Assembly (NCBI GenBank): GCA_965214095.1
Contig: OZ243938.1
Span: forward strand, 1,856,001 to 1,920,000
DNA length: 64,000 nt
Source of the DNA: Candidatus Poribacteria bacterium
GTDB lineage: Bacteria; Poribacteria; WGA-4E; WGA-3G
Direction of reading: 5' to 3'
Below, piece after piece: positions 1-9,341 of this stretch (its first letter is position 1; the number at the start of each line of letters is the position of its first letter). Made by a program: the position numbers and the translations under genes. The notes under the pieces were generated by a model that made no database searches, was not told the DNA's origin, and saw nothing but the letters and a program-made list of their open reading frames with translations.

Positions 1-72
1 TTTACTTATACACCCCAACGTGTTGGGACAGTTACAGATTTGATGCCCCAACCTGTTAGAGATGATGTGTTA

Positions 73-408
73 TTATTGATCACCCGTATTAACACTTGCA
101 TTGTCATCCGCGGGTGCTGGACGGGCAGCTTCTATTGCTTCTTGTACATCAATTGTGTCTGGATTTACGTCAACACCGGGAAGTTTTGGGAGTAAAAGAA
201 AGAACATAAGCAACGCATAGATAACAAGTGATTCAATCAGAGCCAAACCGATAATCATCGCAGTTTGAATCTGACCTGCGGATTCCGGTTGACGTGCGAT
301 ACCTTCAAGGGCAGTACTTGTTGCGGCACCTTGTGCCCTTGAGGCAAAAATAACTGCGATTGGCAAACCTAAAGTTACACCAAATGCTAATACTGCTAAG
401 TAAATCAT
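73..408 (-). CDS. atpE: F1Fo ATP synthase subunit c with acidic C-terminal extension
   Basis: GIARQPE loop and LALIESLVIY helix; GGAGG RBS at 416-420 favours ATG at 408 over the ORF start at 453. Confidence 0.95.
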   Translation of the reverse strand: MIYLAVLAFGVTLGLPIAVIFASRAQGAATSTALEGIARQPESAGQIQTAMIIGLALIESLVIYALLMFFLLLPKLPGVDVNPDTIDVQEAIEAARPAPADDNASVNTGDQ

Positions 409-462
409 GAAATGTCCTCCTTGGACAGAAATAGGCAAGTTAACTCTTGCCACATAGATATT

Positions 463-1347
463 TTAATGATGCGCTTCATGCGCTTCGTCATGGTGCTCTA
501 AAAACAGCACGATATATATTGATGTTAAAAGCGTGAAAACAAACGCTTGTAAAAGACCGCCGAACATTGCAAAAAACACCATCGGCACCTGAACAGGTAT
601 CGGGAGGATGAAACCACCAACGGAGATAGCACCAAGTGCTGTAAGTTGAATAACAACTGATTTTTCACCAAAAATGTTACCAAATAGACGGATAGCAAGT
701 GAACCTGCTCGTGATAACTGTGCAACTAACTCAATTGGGAACATCAAAAAACCTAACCATGTAGGATTACCAATCAGATGTTTGAAATAACCGCCAAGAC
801 CATTTTCTTTGATAGCGATTATTTGAACACCGATTACTGCTGTTATACCGAGGGCGAGGGTTGTATTTAAATCTGCGGTTGGGGCTTGAAAACCTGGAAT
901 TAGTCCGATATAGTTGAGTGAGAGAATGAAAATGAAAAATGAACCAACGAAAGGGAGATATTTTTTACCATCTTCACCCAATATGCCACCAAAGAAATCT
1001 ATAATGCCACCAACAAACACTTCTAATAACGTTTGTCCGTTTCCTTCGGGAATCCGCTTCAATTTCCGGGTGACTAAAAAGAAAAATATGGATAGAAAAA
1101 TAACTACAAATAATGTGTTTGGGATTAAGTCCGGTTGATGCCATTTTCCCGGTTCAGGAAAAATTTCATTCGGTAATAACTGTGATATAGGAGAAAACCA
1201 AGAACGGTAACCGTAGTGGTGGATGGGGGCTTTTCCATGTTCATCAGCGTTGGATTCATCTGGTGATGCGTCCTCTGCTGCGAATGTCCCAGTCATTGCC
1301 AAAAGACTCACAGCAATGACCAAGCAAATAAACGATATTTTTTTCAT
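463..1347 (-). CDS. atpB: F1Fo ATP synthase subunit a with N-terminal signal-peptide-like segment
   Basis: PTADLNTT, SLAIRLFGNI and LQAFVFTLL motifs; directly upstream of atpE. Confidence 0.95.
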   Translation of the reverse strand: MKKISFICLVIAVSLLAMTGTFAAEDASPDESNADEHGKAPIHHYGYRSWFSPISQLLPNEIFPEPGKWHQPDLIPNTLFVVIFLSIFFFLVTRKLKRIPEGNGQTLLEVFVGGIIDFFGGILGEDGKKYLPFVGSFFIFILSLNYIGLIPGFQAPTADLNTTLALGITAVIGVQIIAIKENGLGGYFKHLIGNPTWLGFLMFPIELVAQLSRAGSLAIRLFGNIFGEKSVVIQLTALGAISVGGFILPIPVQVPMVFFAMFGGLLQAFVFTLLTSIYIVLFLEHHDEAHEAHH

Positions 1348-1401
1348 CTTTTATTGTCGACTTAGTTTAGATGTGGAATATATTTTTCATTCCTGTATAT
1401 G

Positions 1402-1809
1402 TTAAGGTTGATCAGAATCTTTTTTTCTAAGAATTGTTATCATTAATCCGACTGCTTTGAGAATAATCGCACCTTGTACTAAAACAATACCTCCGGCAAA
1501 TGCGTATATATTCATCCATTTCGTATTAAACAAAAAATAGAGAATCACACCGAGAACGGTATATTTGCCAAGTGCTATGAATCCAAGCAGATATTTTGTT
1601 TTCTGCGACTTTCCAGGACGCAGCAACCTACGTATCACAAATTCAATTGTCCAGAACAGACTAATACCAATTACGCTACCGATAAGAAAACTGGGGAGTG
1701 CGGCAAGTTTGAAACCTAACAATATACCGCCAATAACCACGGTGAGACAAATTGTCAAAATATAAACTTGTCGAATAAAACGGTCACCAAATTCAAGTGT
1801 GGGACCCAT
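1402..1809 (-). CDS. atpI: ATP synthase protein I (4-TM AtpI)
   Basis: 135 aa with four hydrophobic segments, immediately upstream of atpB. Confidence 0.75.
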   Translation of the reverse strand: MGPTLEFGDRFIRQVYILTICLTVVIGGILLGFKLAALPSFLIGSVIGISLFWTIEFVIRRLLRPGKSQKTKYLLGFIALGKYTVLGVILYFLFNTKWMNIYAFAGGIVLVQGAIILKAVGLMITILRKKDSDQP

Positions 1810-1829
1810 TTAAGTATGTGACTCCTTTG

Positions 1830-2498
1830 TCAAGATAACTGTGTTTCGTTTTCTAGTCTCAACGGGTTATTACCCTCTTTATTCTCTTGTAGACGTTGTT
1901 CAGCAAAACTACGTTTTTTCTTCAATCGTGCCCCTTCAATGATGACAACAACGATTCCAAGAGCTAACCCTATATTTCCACCGATTTCCGCGTTACCATA
2001 ATACTCACCAATCCATCTACCCACGAAATAACCAATACAAGAAGCGCATATAACCTTAAACCCGGGTGCTGCAATGTCATACATATTTGGGTGCGATGTT
2101 ATTTTTGGAGCACTAAATTTGCTGCCTAGCCACTCGCTAATAAAGTGACCGATGCAAATCACAACGATAAATGTGAGTCCAAGAAAGAAATCCATTGAAT
2201 TGAACAGGAACTTGATTAGGAAATAAAATAGGCAACCGAGGACTATATGTCTAACGAGAGAGAAAATGGTCAGAAAGTGCTTTTTCGACTTCGTTCTATC
2301 GGGAAAAGAAACCTTCCGAACTGCGAATTCAATAGACCAGAATAGAAAGAACCCAATTGTAATTTCACAGAGAAATATCGGGAGTGTAGAAGATCTACTT
2401 GACAACACTGCTTCAACTATAACAACTATTGTGAGACCATATATAAAGCGATAAGTGTTCTGAATAGACCGGTCTCCAAAATCCAAAACGATGCCCAT
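1830..2498 (-). CDS. Chimeric AtpI-like/AtpZ-like membrane protein
   Basis: N-half aligns by eye with 1402-1809 (DFGDR..LFWSIEFAVR..LGCLFYFL); C-half aligns with 2656-2955 (MYDIA..IGYFVGRWIG..GNA.IG); AAGGAG upstream of ATG 2498. Confidence 0.65.
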   Translation of the reverse strand: MGIVLDFGDRSIQNTYRFIYGLTIVVIVEAVLSSRSSTLPIFLCEITIGFFLFWSIEFAVRKVSFPDRTKSKKHFLTIFSLVRHIVLGCLFYFLIKFLFNSMDFFLGLTFIVVICIGHFISEWLGSKFSAPKITSHPNMYDIAAPGFKVICASCIGYFVGRWIGEYYGNAEIGGNIGLALGIVVVIIEGARLKKKRSFAEQRLQENKEGNNPLRLENETQLS

Positions 2499-2543
2499 TA
2501 TGAACGACTCCTTTACTACCACAATAACGATATTATACGAATT

Positions 2544-2633
2544 TATAGTGAAATGTAAAAAACTGAACAAACACCGGTTCGGTTAGGAAACCGAACCTAC
2601 CGTAGTGTGTAAATAATTATGGTTTTTACTATA
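2544..2633. repeat. Short TATAGT...ACTATA-bounded element containing a GTAG-type REP hairpin (2575-2602)
   Basis: Terminal TATAGTGAAA / TTTTACTATA; internal GGTTCGGTTAGGAAACCGAACCTACCG recurs elsewhere in the window. Confidence 0.6.
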
Positions 2634-2655
2634 AATTCTCCTGTTACCGGTTGTT

Positions 2656-2955
2656 TTAGACGCTTTCTCCTTTATCTTTTTGTTTTTGTTGTGCAGCATC
2701 ACGTTTCTGTTTTTCATTATGTTCCATCTGACGGTTCCAACGTGCTACTGAGCGGAACATCTCCAAGAAACCAGCTGTAACCCCAATGGCAAATCCTATG
2801 ATTGAACCGATATAAGCGTTGCCTAATTTGCCACCTATCCATTTGCCACCAAAATAACCGATGACAATCGCAAGAGCAAGCGTTATACCGATTGAAGCAA
2901 GGTCAAACATCCCTACATTTTCATGTTTGAATTGGTCTAACCGTCGTTTAAACAT
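2656..2955 (-). CDS. AtpZ/AtpI-family (ATPase gene 1) two-TM protein
   Basis: LASIGITLALAIVIGYFGGKWIG...IGFAIGVTAGF pattern; first gene of the atp operon. Confidence 0.75.
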   Translation of the reverse strand: MFKRRLDQFKHENVGMFDLASIGITLALAIVIGYFGGKWIGGKLGNAYIGSIIGFAIGVTAGFLEMFRSVARWNRQMEHNEKQKRDAAQQKQKDKGESV

Positions 2956-3017
2956 GACGGGTACTCCCAGAATGAAAGTGATGTTAGAACTGATTTCCTC
3001 CTTAAGCAACGACATAA

Positions 3018-3046
3018 ATTATACTACAAGATTACAGTAAATGCAA
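3018..3046 (-). promoter_or_regulatory. Sigma70-type promoter of the atp operon
   Basis: TTGCAT-N17-TATAAT on the minus strand ~60 bp upstream of ATG 2955. Confidence 0.55.
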
Positions 3047-3400
3047 GAAATTTGCCATATATAGGATATGTAATTATTTTGTGAAATGATGTATTATCTT
3101 GAAGCGTGGAATTCATCTCAATCAATACTAAATGTACTTGCTTATGGTATTTGGAGGGCTTACAATTCCCTTGCCACAGAGGATAATAGTTTAGAGACAA
3201 ATTGCAAGTGGAACAGAAAAGTAATATAACGCAATAAGTAGTTTTGGGATTTTGCATTTTTTCAAGAATTTTGCAATTTGGTTTGTTTTTCAAAGACAAT
3301 AGTATAACTATATTAAAGCAATTTTCTTACCTATTTAGGTTCATCTTTATCACTACGTGGAATCCTAAAAATATCTCTAATTATATCTAGTGTTTTAGAG

Positions 3401-4845
3401 CAATACCTTCGCCAAAATTAGTTGAATAAAATGGGTTTTTGTCTTATAGTTTTACACTATATAACAAAAAAGGACAAAAACCCATGTCAGAAATTATAGC
3501 ACTTTTTTCAGTTCTTAATCTATCTATATCTAAAACAGCGATCCGTCAGTTATGTCAAGTTGTCCTTGCACTGCTTGCGATGACAGGACGGATCACCATG
3601 TTAAATATCTCTCGTTGGACTTCAAAAGGAGGTAGTTACCGCACTATTCAACGCTTTTTCAATACGGTGTTGCCTTGGTCGGCAATGTGCTGGACGTTTT
3701 TTCGCACACACTTGCTTGATCCTGATAGTGTTCATATCTTAGTAGGCGACGAAGTCGTTAGAAACAAAGATGGCAAATGCACCTATGGTTTATCGCGCTT
3801 TTTTTCTTCATTGCATGGGAAAAGCATTCCCGGTTTATCGTTTTTAGCCATATCCTTAGTCAGTGTTCCTCGGCGGCGTTCCTACCCGATGACTATTGAA
3901 CAAATCGTTCGGTGTGAAACAACTTCAAATCCTGGTGCTTCTCCGACTGAAAAGTCAGACAACACCCAGACAAAACAATCTATACGCGGGCGTCCAAAAG
4001 GGAACCGAAACAAAAATAAAAGGGATGTCGTCCTCAGTGATACTTTGAAACAACTTCAAACGATACTCAAAGAGGTGCTACACCTCATTGATAACTTGAT
4101 ACCCATCCGTTATTTTGTCCTGGATGGATATTTTGGGAATAATAACATTTTACAAATGGTCCATCAATGTGGTCTCCATCTTATTTCAAAACTGCGTGCC
4201 GATGCTGCATTGTATCTTCCCCCGACGACCTCTTACAAGCGCAGACGCCTCGCAATCTATGGAGAACGGATACATCCGCATAAGATTGATGAAAAGAACG
4301 CTGTTTGGACACAAACAGTGGACAACCTGAGAACCGATGTGTATCAAATGGAACTACGCCACAAAAAGTTCCCCGACCCATTGAATGTCGTTTGTATCAA
4401 AAAAACAAACCTATCCACGAAACAGCAGGCACACGTCTTATTGTTCAGTTCTGATTTAGCACTTGACGCAGAAAAAATGATAGACTATTATTCACTCCGT
4501 TTTCAAATCGAGTTCAACTTTCGTGATGCCAAACAACATTGGGGTCTGCAAGGTTTCATGAATGTCAACAAAACCCCTGTGAACAATGCGGCAAATCTGT
4601 CAATGTTTATGGTAAATGTCAGTGCAAAACTCATGGAAAAGGACAGATGTCAGAATCCCGAATATAGTGTATTAGATCTTAAATCGCACTACCGAGGTCT
4701 GAAATATGTGCAGGAAATATTAAAAGGACTTCCGCAGAAACCTGAACCTATTGTTATTCAGCAAATCATTGGCCGTCTGAGTTCAATAGGTGCTATTCAC
4801 AACACGCAAGCCAATCTTAATCCTGGATAATTGGCGAAGGTATTG
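3401..4845 (+). mobile_element. Insertion sequence, IS701/IS4-like DDE family
   Basis: Perfect 15-bp terminal IRs CAATACCTTCGCCAA (3401-3415) / TTGGCGAAGGTATTG (4831-4845) around a transposase; no target duplication visible. Confidence 0.85.
3484..4830 (+). CDS. DDE transposase
   Basis: VGDE, LDGYFG and YSLRFQIEFNFRDAKQ (YREK-like) motifs; ORF open from 3439, likely ATG 3484. Confidence 0.9.
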   Translation: MSEIIALFSVLNLSISKTAIRQLCQVVLALLAMTGRITMLNISRWTSKGGSYRTIQRFFNTVLPWSAMCWTFFRTHLLDPDSVHILVGDEVVRNKDGKCTYGLSRFFSSLHGKSIPGLSFLAISLVSVPRRRSYPMTIEQIVRCETTSNPGASPTEKSDNTQTKQSIRGRPKGNRNKNKRDVVLSDTLKQLQTILKEVLHLIDNLIPIRYFVLDGYFGNNNILQMVHQCGLHLISKLRADAALYLPPTTSYKRRRLAIYGERIHPHKIDEKNAVWTQTVDNLRTDVYQMELRHKKFPDPLNVVCIKKTNLSTKQQAHVLLFSSDLALDAEKMIDYYSLRFQIEFNFRDAKQHWGLQGFMNVNKTPVNNAANLSMFMVNVSAKLMEKDRCQNPEYSVLDLKSHYRGLKYVQEILKGLPQKPEPIVIQQIIGRLSSIGAIHNTQANLNPG

Positions 4846-5778
4846 GTATCCCTAACCCGTTTGAGATCTTTGTCTATTCGATTTCCATAGGTATGATGTG
4901 CCTCGTCAGAAAAAACACCTAAATTCGGTAGACTTACAATTTTCTCAAGTCGATGGTTCTCTTCTAATTCCGCCTGTTTTTCTTTCTGTTCTTTTTCATT
5001 TTTTCTCTTAAACTCCTGGAATAGATTATTTTTTTCTTCGTATTTTTTCGCAAAATGATTTTTTCAGTGTTCGTGATGATGATATTGAAGACGCTACCGC
5101 GTTGAACGGGCATATCTTTTGCCGCTACTGGTGCGAATTTTCGGTTTCCCATAAATTCCTGATATAGACTCGGTGGTAGAATCGTATCGTAAGGAACGTC
5201 ACTGATTTTGCGCAGACTTCCAATGATAGTTGTTCCGGGTGCAAAGACAAGTGCGTTTTTCATAAAATCGCTGTCAGGATAACGGAACGCCATTGCGAAT
5301 TCGGTTGCGATCATTGTTCCGATGAGTGTCGTCTTACCTGTGCCCATTGCAAGTGCGAAAATATAACTCGGATACTTCAACGACACAGCCTCATGAACCG
5401 GATTAATTCGCTTCTGCTTAACAAATGCTTGATCATTTTTTACACGTTCCAGAACCGATTCAATGTCTGGCACCCACTGTAACTCGCCAGCACTCATAGG
5501 AATACCCAACGCTTCGCAAAATACTGCGATATCACCACTGTAGTAATGCTTGTATAGTTCTACAATATGCGGTGTATTTCTCAGCAGTCGTAATACCAGT
5601 AGATTTCTAATGCGTAGAATTGTGGTTCTCGCAGATATTTGAGCTGCCCTTCCTCAGGTGAATTGCTATCAAACTGCCAATTCAGTATTTCTCCGATGAG
5701 TGGATATTCGGAACACGAGTATCCCGATTTACGCCATTTCTCTGTATCGTTCCGAAGTTTTTCATACAAGTGTTCCAT
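4846..5778 (-). pseudogene. Type III restriction-like Res subunit / DEAH helicase, frameshifted and truncated by the IS
   Basis: Fragments LREPQFYALE (5581-5778), ALAMGTGKT Walker A (4964-5509) and, in another frame, VFSDEAHHTYG just before the IS end. Confidence 0.8.
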
Positions 5779-5802
5779 ATAAGTCTATCTCCTTGTTTAT
5801 GA

Positions 5803-6984
5803 TCATATTTTTTGAATAAAGCCTTCTATCTGTTTACCTACTCGATCTATAACCCATGATTCATTTATAGGAATATTAAAAGCCCAGATTAGTTGATGAA
5901 TTAATTCTTCAACAATGTCTATCAATTTGTCAGAATTATTGAAATCACGTGGCATGCATTGCGTAGACGCATAAACTTCCATATCAGAACACACTGGACC
6001 ATCCGGTATATTTTCTGTGATTTTTTGTGCATATAATAACCTTTCATCAGGATCATAGAGTTGTATTCGTATGACATTCTGCAACCTTGCTGACACCTCA
6101 ATATTCCCTACATATTCACATTTCTCGTAGAGTCTTTTTGCCTGATATATTAGAACACTAATGGTACGAATAAAATCACAATAATTAACAGCTACACCAA
6201 TAAGTTCATGATGCACATTTGATTGCTGATGCTCAGGTAATACACTTCTATGATAGACAATACCATATTCATTTAATTCAAAAAATATGTTGTCATTTCT
6301 AACATTAGCGACTCCGCCTGCGACCTTTCTGGGTGGGTATGTCACACGCTCAAGTAACTCATAAATCTCCGATGTTGTAATCACAGGACGATACGGGTAT
6401 ACAGGCTGTGCAATGACCGTTAGACTCGGCTTTTTTTGTACACTGAAACGTTTTGCCCTTTCTTCAATACGATCCAATATTTGCTTCGCATTCTCCTGTG
6501 AATCCTCACGACGTTTGAACATATACGCAATTCTGTTCATATCTGCAAGGTCATAAGGTTCTGTAATGCTACCCGTGCGAATATAGGTTCTTTTTGAGTT
6601 TTGAATCGCATGCGGGGCTTGAATACTTTCATCGACACGAACTATGACGACTATGTTAGTAGAATTAGGAACATCAACGATTTTTATTTCTGGTATAACG
6701 GCAGGATAAATTCCCTCAAGTGAACTCTGCTGAATTCGCTCCTCAAATCCAGGTACGTTGGGTATACCCTTAATAGGAAAAATAACTTGGTTCTTTGTTT
6801 GTTCGGATTCAACTCCTATTAAAAATATTCCCCCGAAGGTATTTGCAAAAGCCGACACCATTTTTGGTATGTGTTTTTTTGCGTCTATTTGCCTTTTATA
6901 CTCAACCCGTACTCCTTCTGGTTGCTCTCTACAAAAAGTGTTGATATCTTCAAATGTGATTTCATCTAATGATTTTGTAAACAT
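5803..6984 (-). CDS. Schlafen/AlbA_2 domain protein
   Basis: EGVRVEYK, VSAFANTFGGIFLIGV and YIRTGS motifs. Confidence 0.85.
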   Translation of the reverse strand: MFTKSLDEITFEDINTFCREQPEGVRVEYKRQIDAKKHIPKMVSAFANTFGGIFLIGVESEQTKNQVIFPIKGIPNVPGFEERIQQSSLEGIYPAVIPEIKIVDVPNSTNIVVIVRVDESIQAPHAIQNSKRTYIRTGSITEPYDLADMNRIAYMFKRREDSQENAKQILDRIEERAKRFSVQKKPSLTVIAQPVYPYRPVITTSEIYELLERVTYPPRKVAGGVANVRNDNIFFELNEYGIVYHRSVLPEHQQSNVHHELIGVAVNYCDFIRTISVLIYQAKRLYEKCEYVGNIEVSARLQNVIRIQLYDPDERLLYAQKITENIPDGPVCSDMEVYASTQCMPRDFNNSDKLIDIVEELIHQLIWAFNIPINESWVIDRVGKQIEGFIQKI

Positions 6985-7019
6985 ACTATAACTTCCTCCA
7001 TCAAAAGCATATCAGACAC

Positions 7020-7409
7020 CTACGATTCATCAGGATTTTCCTGTGGTAGCATTTTATCCACACGACTGCGTATATCTGTTTCGCGCATCTGAATTTCTTT
7101 GTCGACTAACACCCCGTAGTCTACCCACCTTCGAATTAGACTTTCCAACGTTTCCATTGCCTCTTCAATTTTGGCAATTTCTGTTTCTTGTGATTTTTCT
7201 AAAGATTCTGATTTAAATGGTCTGAGTTCTTCAAATTTTGGTGAAAGATTTAAACCTAAACTTTCCACTAATTTCACGCTGTTAGTTAAATTCCTGACAT
7301 CGCCTTGCACTTGTCCTTTTATCCGATTCAGCACAGATTGGAATTCTTTTCGTGCCTCAATGTATTCGTTCCGCAAATCTACTCTATCATCGTTATTCAT
7401 TGTTTCCAT
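7020..7409 (-). CDS. Hypothetical alpha-helical/coiled-coil protein
   Basis: 129-aa charged helical ORF with GGAAGG near the start; co-oriented with neighbours. Confidence 0.6.
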   Translation of the reverse strand: METMNNDDRVDLRNEYIEARKEFQSVLNRIKGQVQGDVRNLTNSVKLVESLGLNLSPKFEELRPFKSESLEKSQETEIAKIEEAMETLESLIRRWVDYGVLVDKEIQMRETDIRSRVDKMLPQENPDES

Positions 7410-7826
7410 CCTTCCATTTTTTATTTATATGATAAACTCACCCACGCACAAACTATTTCCGCAGCAATTATTTTTCGGTCCAAAGACAAACTGTGCATAT
7501 TCACTATGTAACAAGTAAATTACTTGGCACTTTAGCACATCATTGCCACACGGATGGATAGGGTCGGTTTGCGAGGTATTCAACGCTAATCCTTGGCATG
7601 AGGTTATAATCAATCAACGGCTTTAGCAAGTTTGACTCCAATGTGTGCAGTGAACGGTTGCCGATTAGAAAATGAGATACCTTATTTGTCGCTTCCATAT
7701 AATGAGGGTATTTGTACTGCTTGTGACATGTTGGCTCTTTCTATCCTTTTTCAACGATAGTTTTGATATTTCCGTGTGAATTCTTTTCTAAACCGGCCAA
7801 GTTGACCAACGAGTTTATTTAACACT

Positions 7827-8792
7827 TCATTTTTGATACAGAAAAACCAAAACATTAGAACCAAGACCCCGTTTATGGGTTCCAGGTAAAATTATTGCTT
7901 CAACGTAGACTTCAATGTTTTGATTTGAAGAATTGATGGTAACAGGACCTTGATATGGAAACCGAGTTTCAGATACTTTGTAGATTGGAGATGATTCCTC
8001 AATTGATTTGTATTTAGGTATGTAAGTGGAGAAGTTTTTTGTTGGAAAAAAATACTGAACTCGTAACTTTTTCAGCGGTGGTTCCCAATGAAAATCATTA
8101 AACAACTTTAATTGATTCTTTTCTTGTTCAATTTTATCTATTTCTGTAGGTTTGTGACTGTAAGACAGGACCATCATAGCGCAAGACTCAAGACTTGTTG
8201 TAATCATACGAATAGATGTTGCTTCTATAGAGGTTTCATACCTTCTTGAAAGTTCTTGCAGAGATTTTAATGATACACCCATTCCTTTAACATCCAAATC
8301 AAATTCAGGTGTAGGCATGATAATTTCACTTGCTCCGAGATCACACAAAAACTCTACCTCATTTTGAGGATCGAATTGACCACTCCGGTGGCGTGCCTTG
8401 TACTGGTCTTGATAACCGGGGAATAAAGTATGAGCAATTTCATGAGCTATTGAAAAGTTTTGCCGTGCTTTAGGTTTCTTTGGGTTGTATCGGATTACCA
8501 TCCTCCCATTCTCTGCGGGGTGGAGTTCCGCGTCTTCACTATGTGTTAATTCATCAGATTTCTCACACGGGATTCCCAATATAGATGCAAGAACTTGTGG
8601 ATTGAAAGGCGGCCCATCCCATGATATACCCTTAGCTTCAGCAATATCCCTAGCTTCAGCAAGCTTTTCCTGGGCTAATTTCCGGATAATTTGTTCCGGA
8701 TCTTGAGAAATGTCTGAATAACATTCTATGAGTCGCACAACTGAATTATGAGAATAATACTTCTTACCAACTTTAATAATATTATGTTTCAT
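7827..8792 (-). CDS. ImmA/IrrE-family metallopeptidase (CapP-like)
   Basis: RQNFSIAHEIAH zincin motif and E.LCD.GASEIIMP; ATG 8792 overlaps the HTH stop (ATGA). Confidence 0.9.
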   Translation of the reverse strand: MKHNIIKVGKKYYSHNSVVRLIECYSDISQDPEQIIRKLAQEKLAEARDIAEAKGISWDGPPFNPQVLASILGIPCEKSDELTHSEDAELHPAENGRMVIRYNPKKPKARQNFSIAHEIAHTLFPGYQDQYKARHRSGQFDPQNEVEFLCDLGASEIIMPTPEFDLDVKGMGVSLKSLQELSRRYETSIEATSIRMITTSLESCAMMVLSYSHKPTEIDKIEQEKNQLKLFNDFHWEPPLKKLRVQYFFPTKNFSTYIPKYKSIEESSPIYKVSETRFPYQGPVTINSSNQNIEVYVEAIILPGTHKRGLGSNVLVFLYQK

Positions 8793-9193
8793 TGTCTCTT
8801 CATCACATATCGGATCGATGTCAGAATATGCTCCCAATCATCAACAGTCTTTGGTTGGTTACCTCTATACCGAATATTCATTAGCATTCGCACATCCTCC
8901 CTTTGAATATCAAGTTCTTTTCCTCGTGTATTAATAAATTTGCGTAATACATCCGGAATATCTTCATCTTCAAAGTCTTCCGCATAAACGCGCACAGGCT
9001 GGTCAAGGAGATCTGCAATAGTTATACCAAGTGCCGAAGCAATTTTAAGCAGTATCTCAGCTGAAGGTTGCTTACTCAGACTGTTTTCAAGCTGTGATAA
9101 ATAAGCTTTAGAGACATCAGCTTTTTCAGCCAACTGGTTTAGAGAAAATCCTTCTTTTTCCCGGAGTTTTTTGATCTTTTGACCTAGAAGCAT
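8789..9193 (-). CDS. XRE-family HTH regulator (CapH-like)
   Basis: LGQKIKKLREKEGFSLNQLAEKADVSKAYLSQLE HTH; C-terminal IRYRGNQPKTVDDW; paired with IrrE peptidase, divergent from the defence operon. Confidence 0.9.
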   Translation of the reverse strand: MLLGQKIKKLREKEGFSLNQLAEKADVSKAYLSQLENSLSKQPSAEILLKIASALGITIADLLDQPVRVYAEDFEDEDIPDVLRKFINTRGKELDIQREDVRMLMNIRYRGNQPKTVDDWEHILTSIRYVMKRQ

Positions 9194-9242
9194 GTGAATT
9201 TCCTTCTTATTTTATGTTTATCTTATTATTTTACACGAATTT

Positions 9243-9312
9243 GTTCGTTATTACAAACTTTTCTTGACAAATGGGTTTGTTATAGCGTATAATAGTATTC
9301 GTAAAATAGAAC
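9243..9312 (+). promoter_or_regulatory. Consensus sigma70 promoter overlapped by three imperfect palindromic operator-like boxes
   Basis: TTGACA (9264-9269) N18 TATAAT (9288-9293); boxes GTTCG-N6-CAAAC 9243-9258, GTTTG-N6-CGTAT 9275-9290, ATTCG-N6-AGAAC 9297-9312. Confidence 0.65.
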
Positions 9313-9341
9313 ACCTGTATGGTTATTGAGTGATGTAATAT

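Noticed and set aside
73-2955. N-type (N-ATPase) operon
   Set aside because: The order atpZ-I-B-E at the operon start is that of the standard F-type; no atpD-atpC precedes it and the c-subunit lacks ESTxxY
3024-3299. 91-aa minus-strand ORF
   Set aside because: AT-rich promoter region, no RBS or recognisable domain
7425-7740. Possible deaminase-like pseudogene or 62-aa ORF
   Set aside because: Only faint fragments (PFTAHIG, QFVFG) across frames with several stops; not supportable
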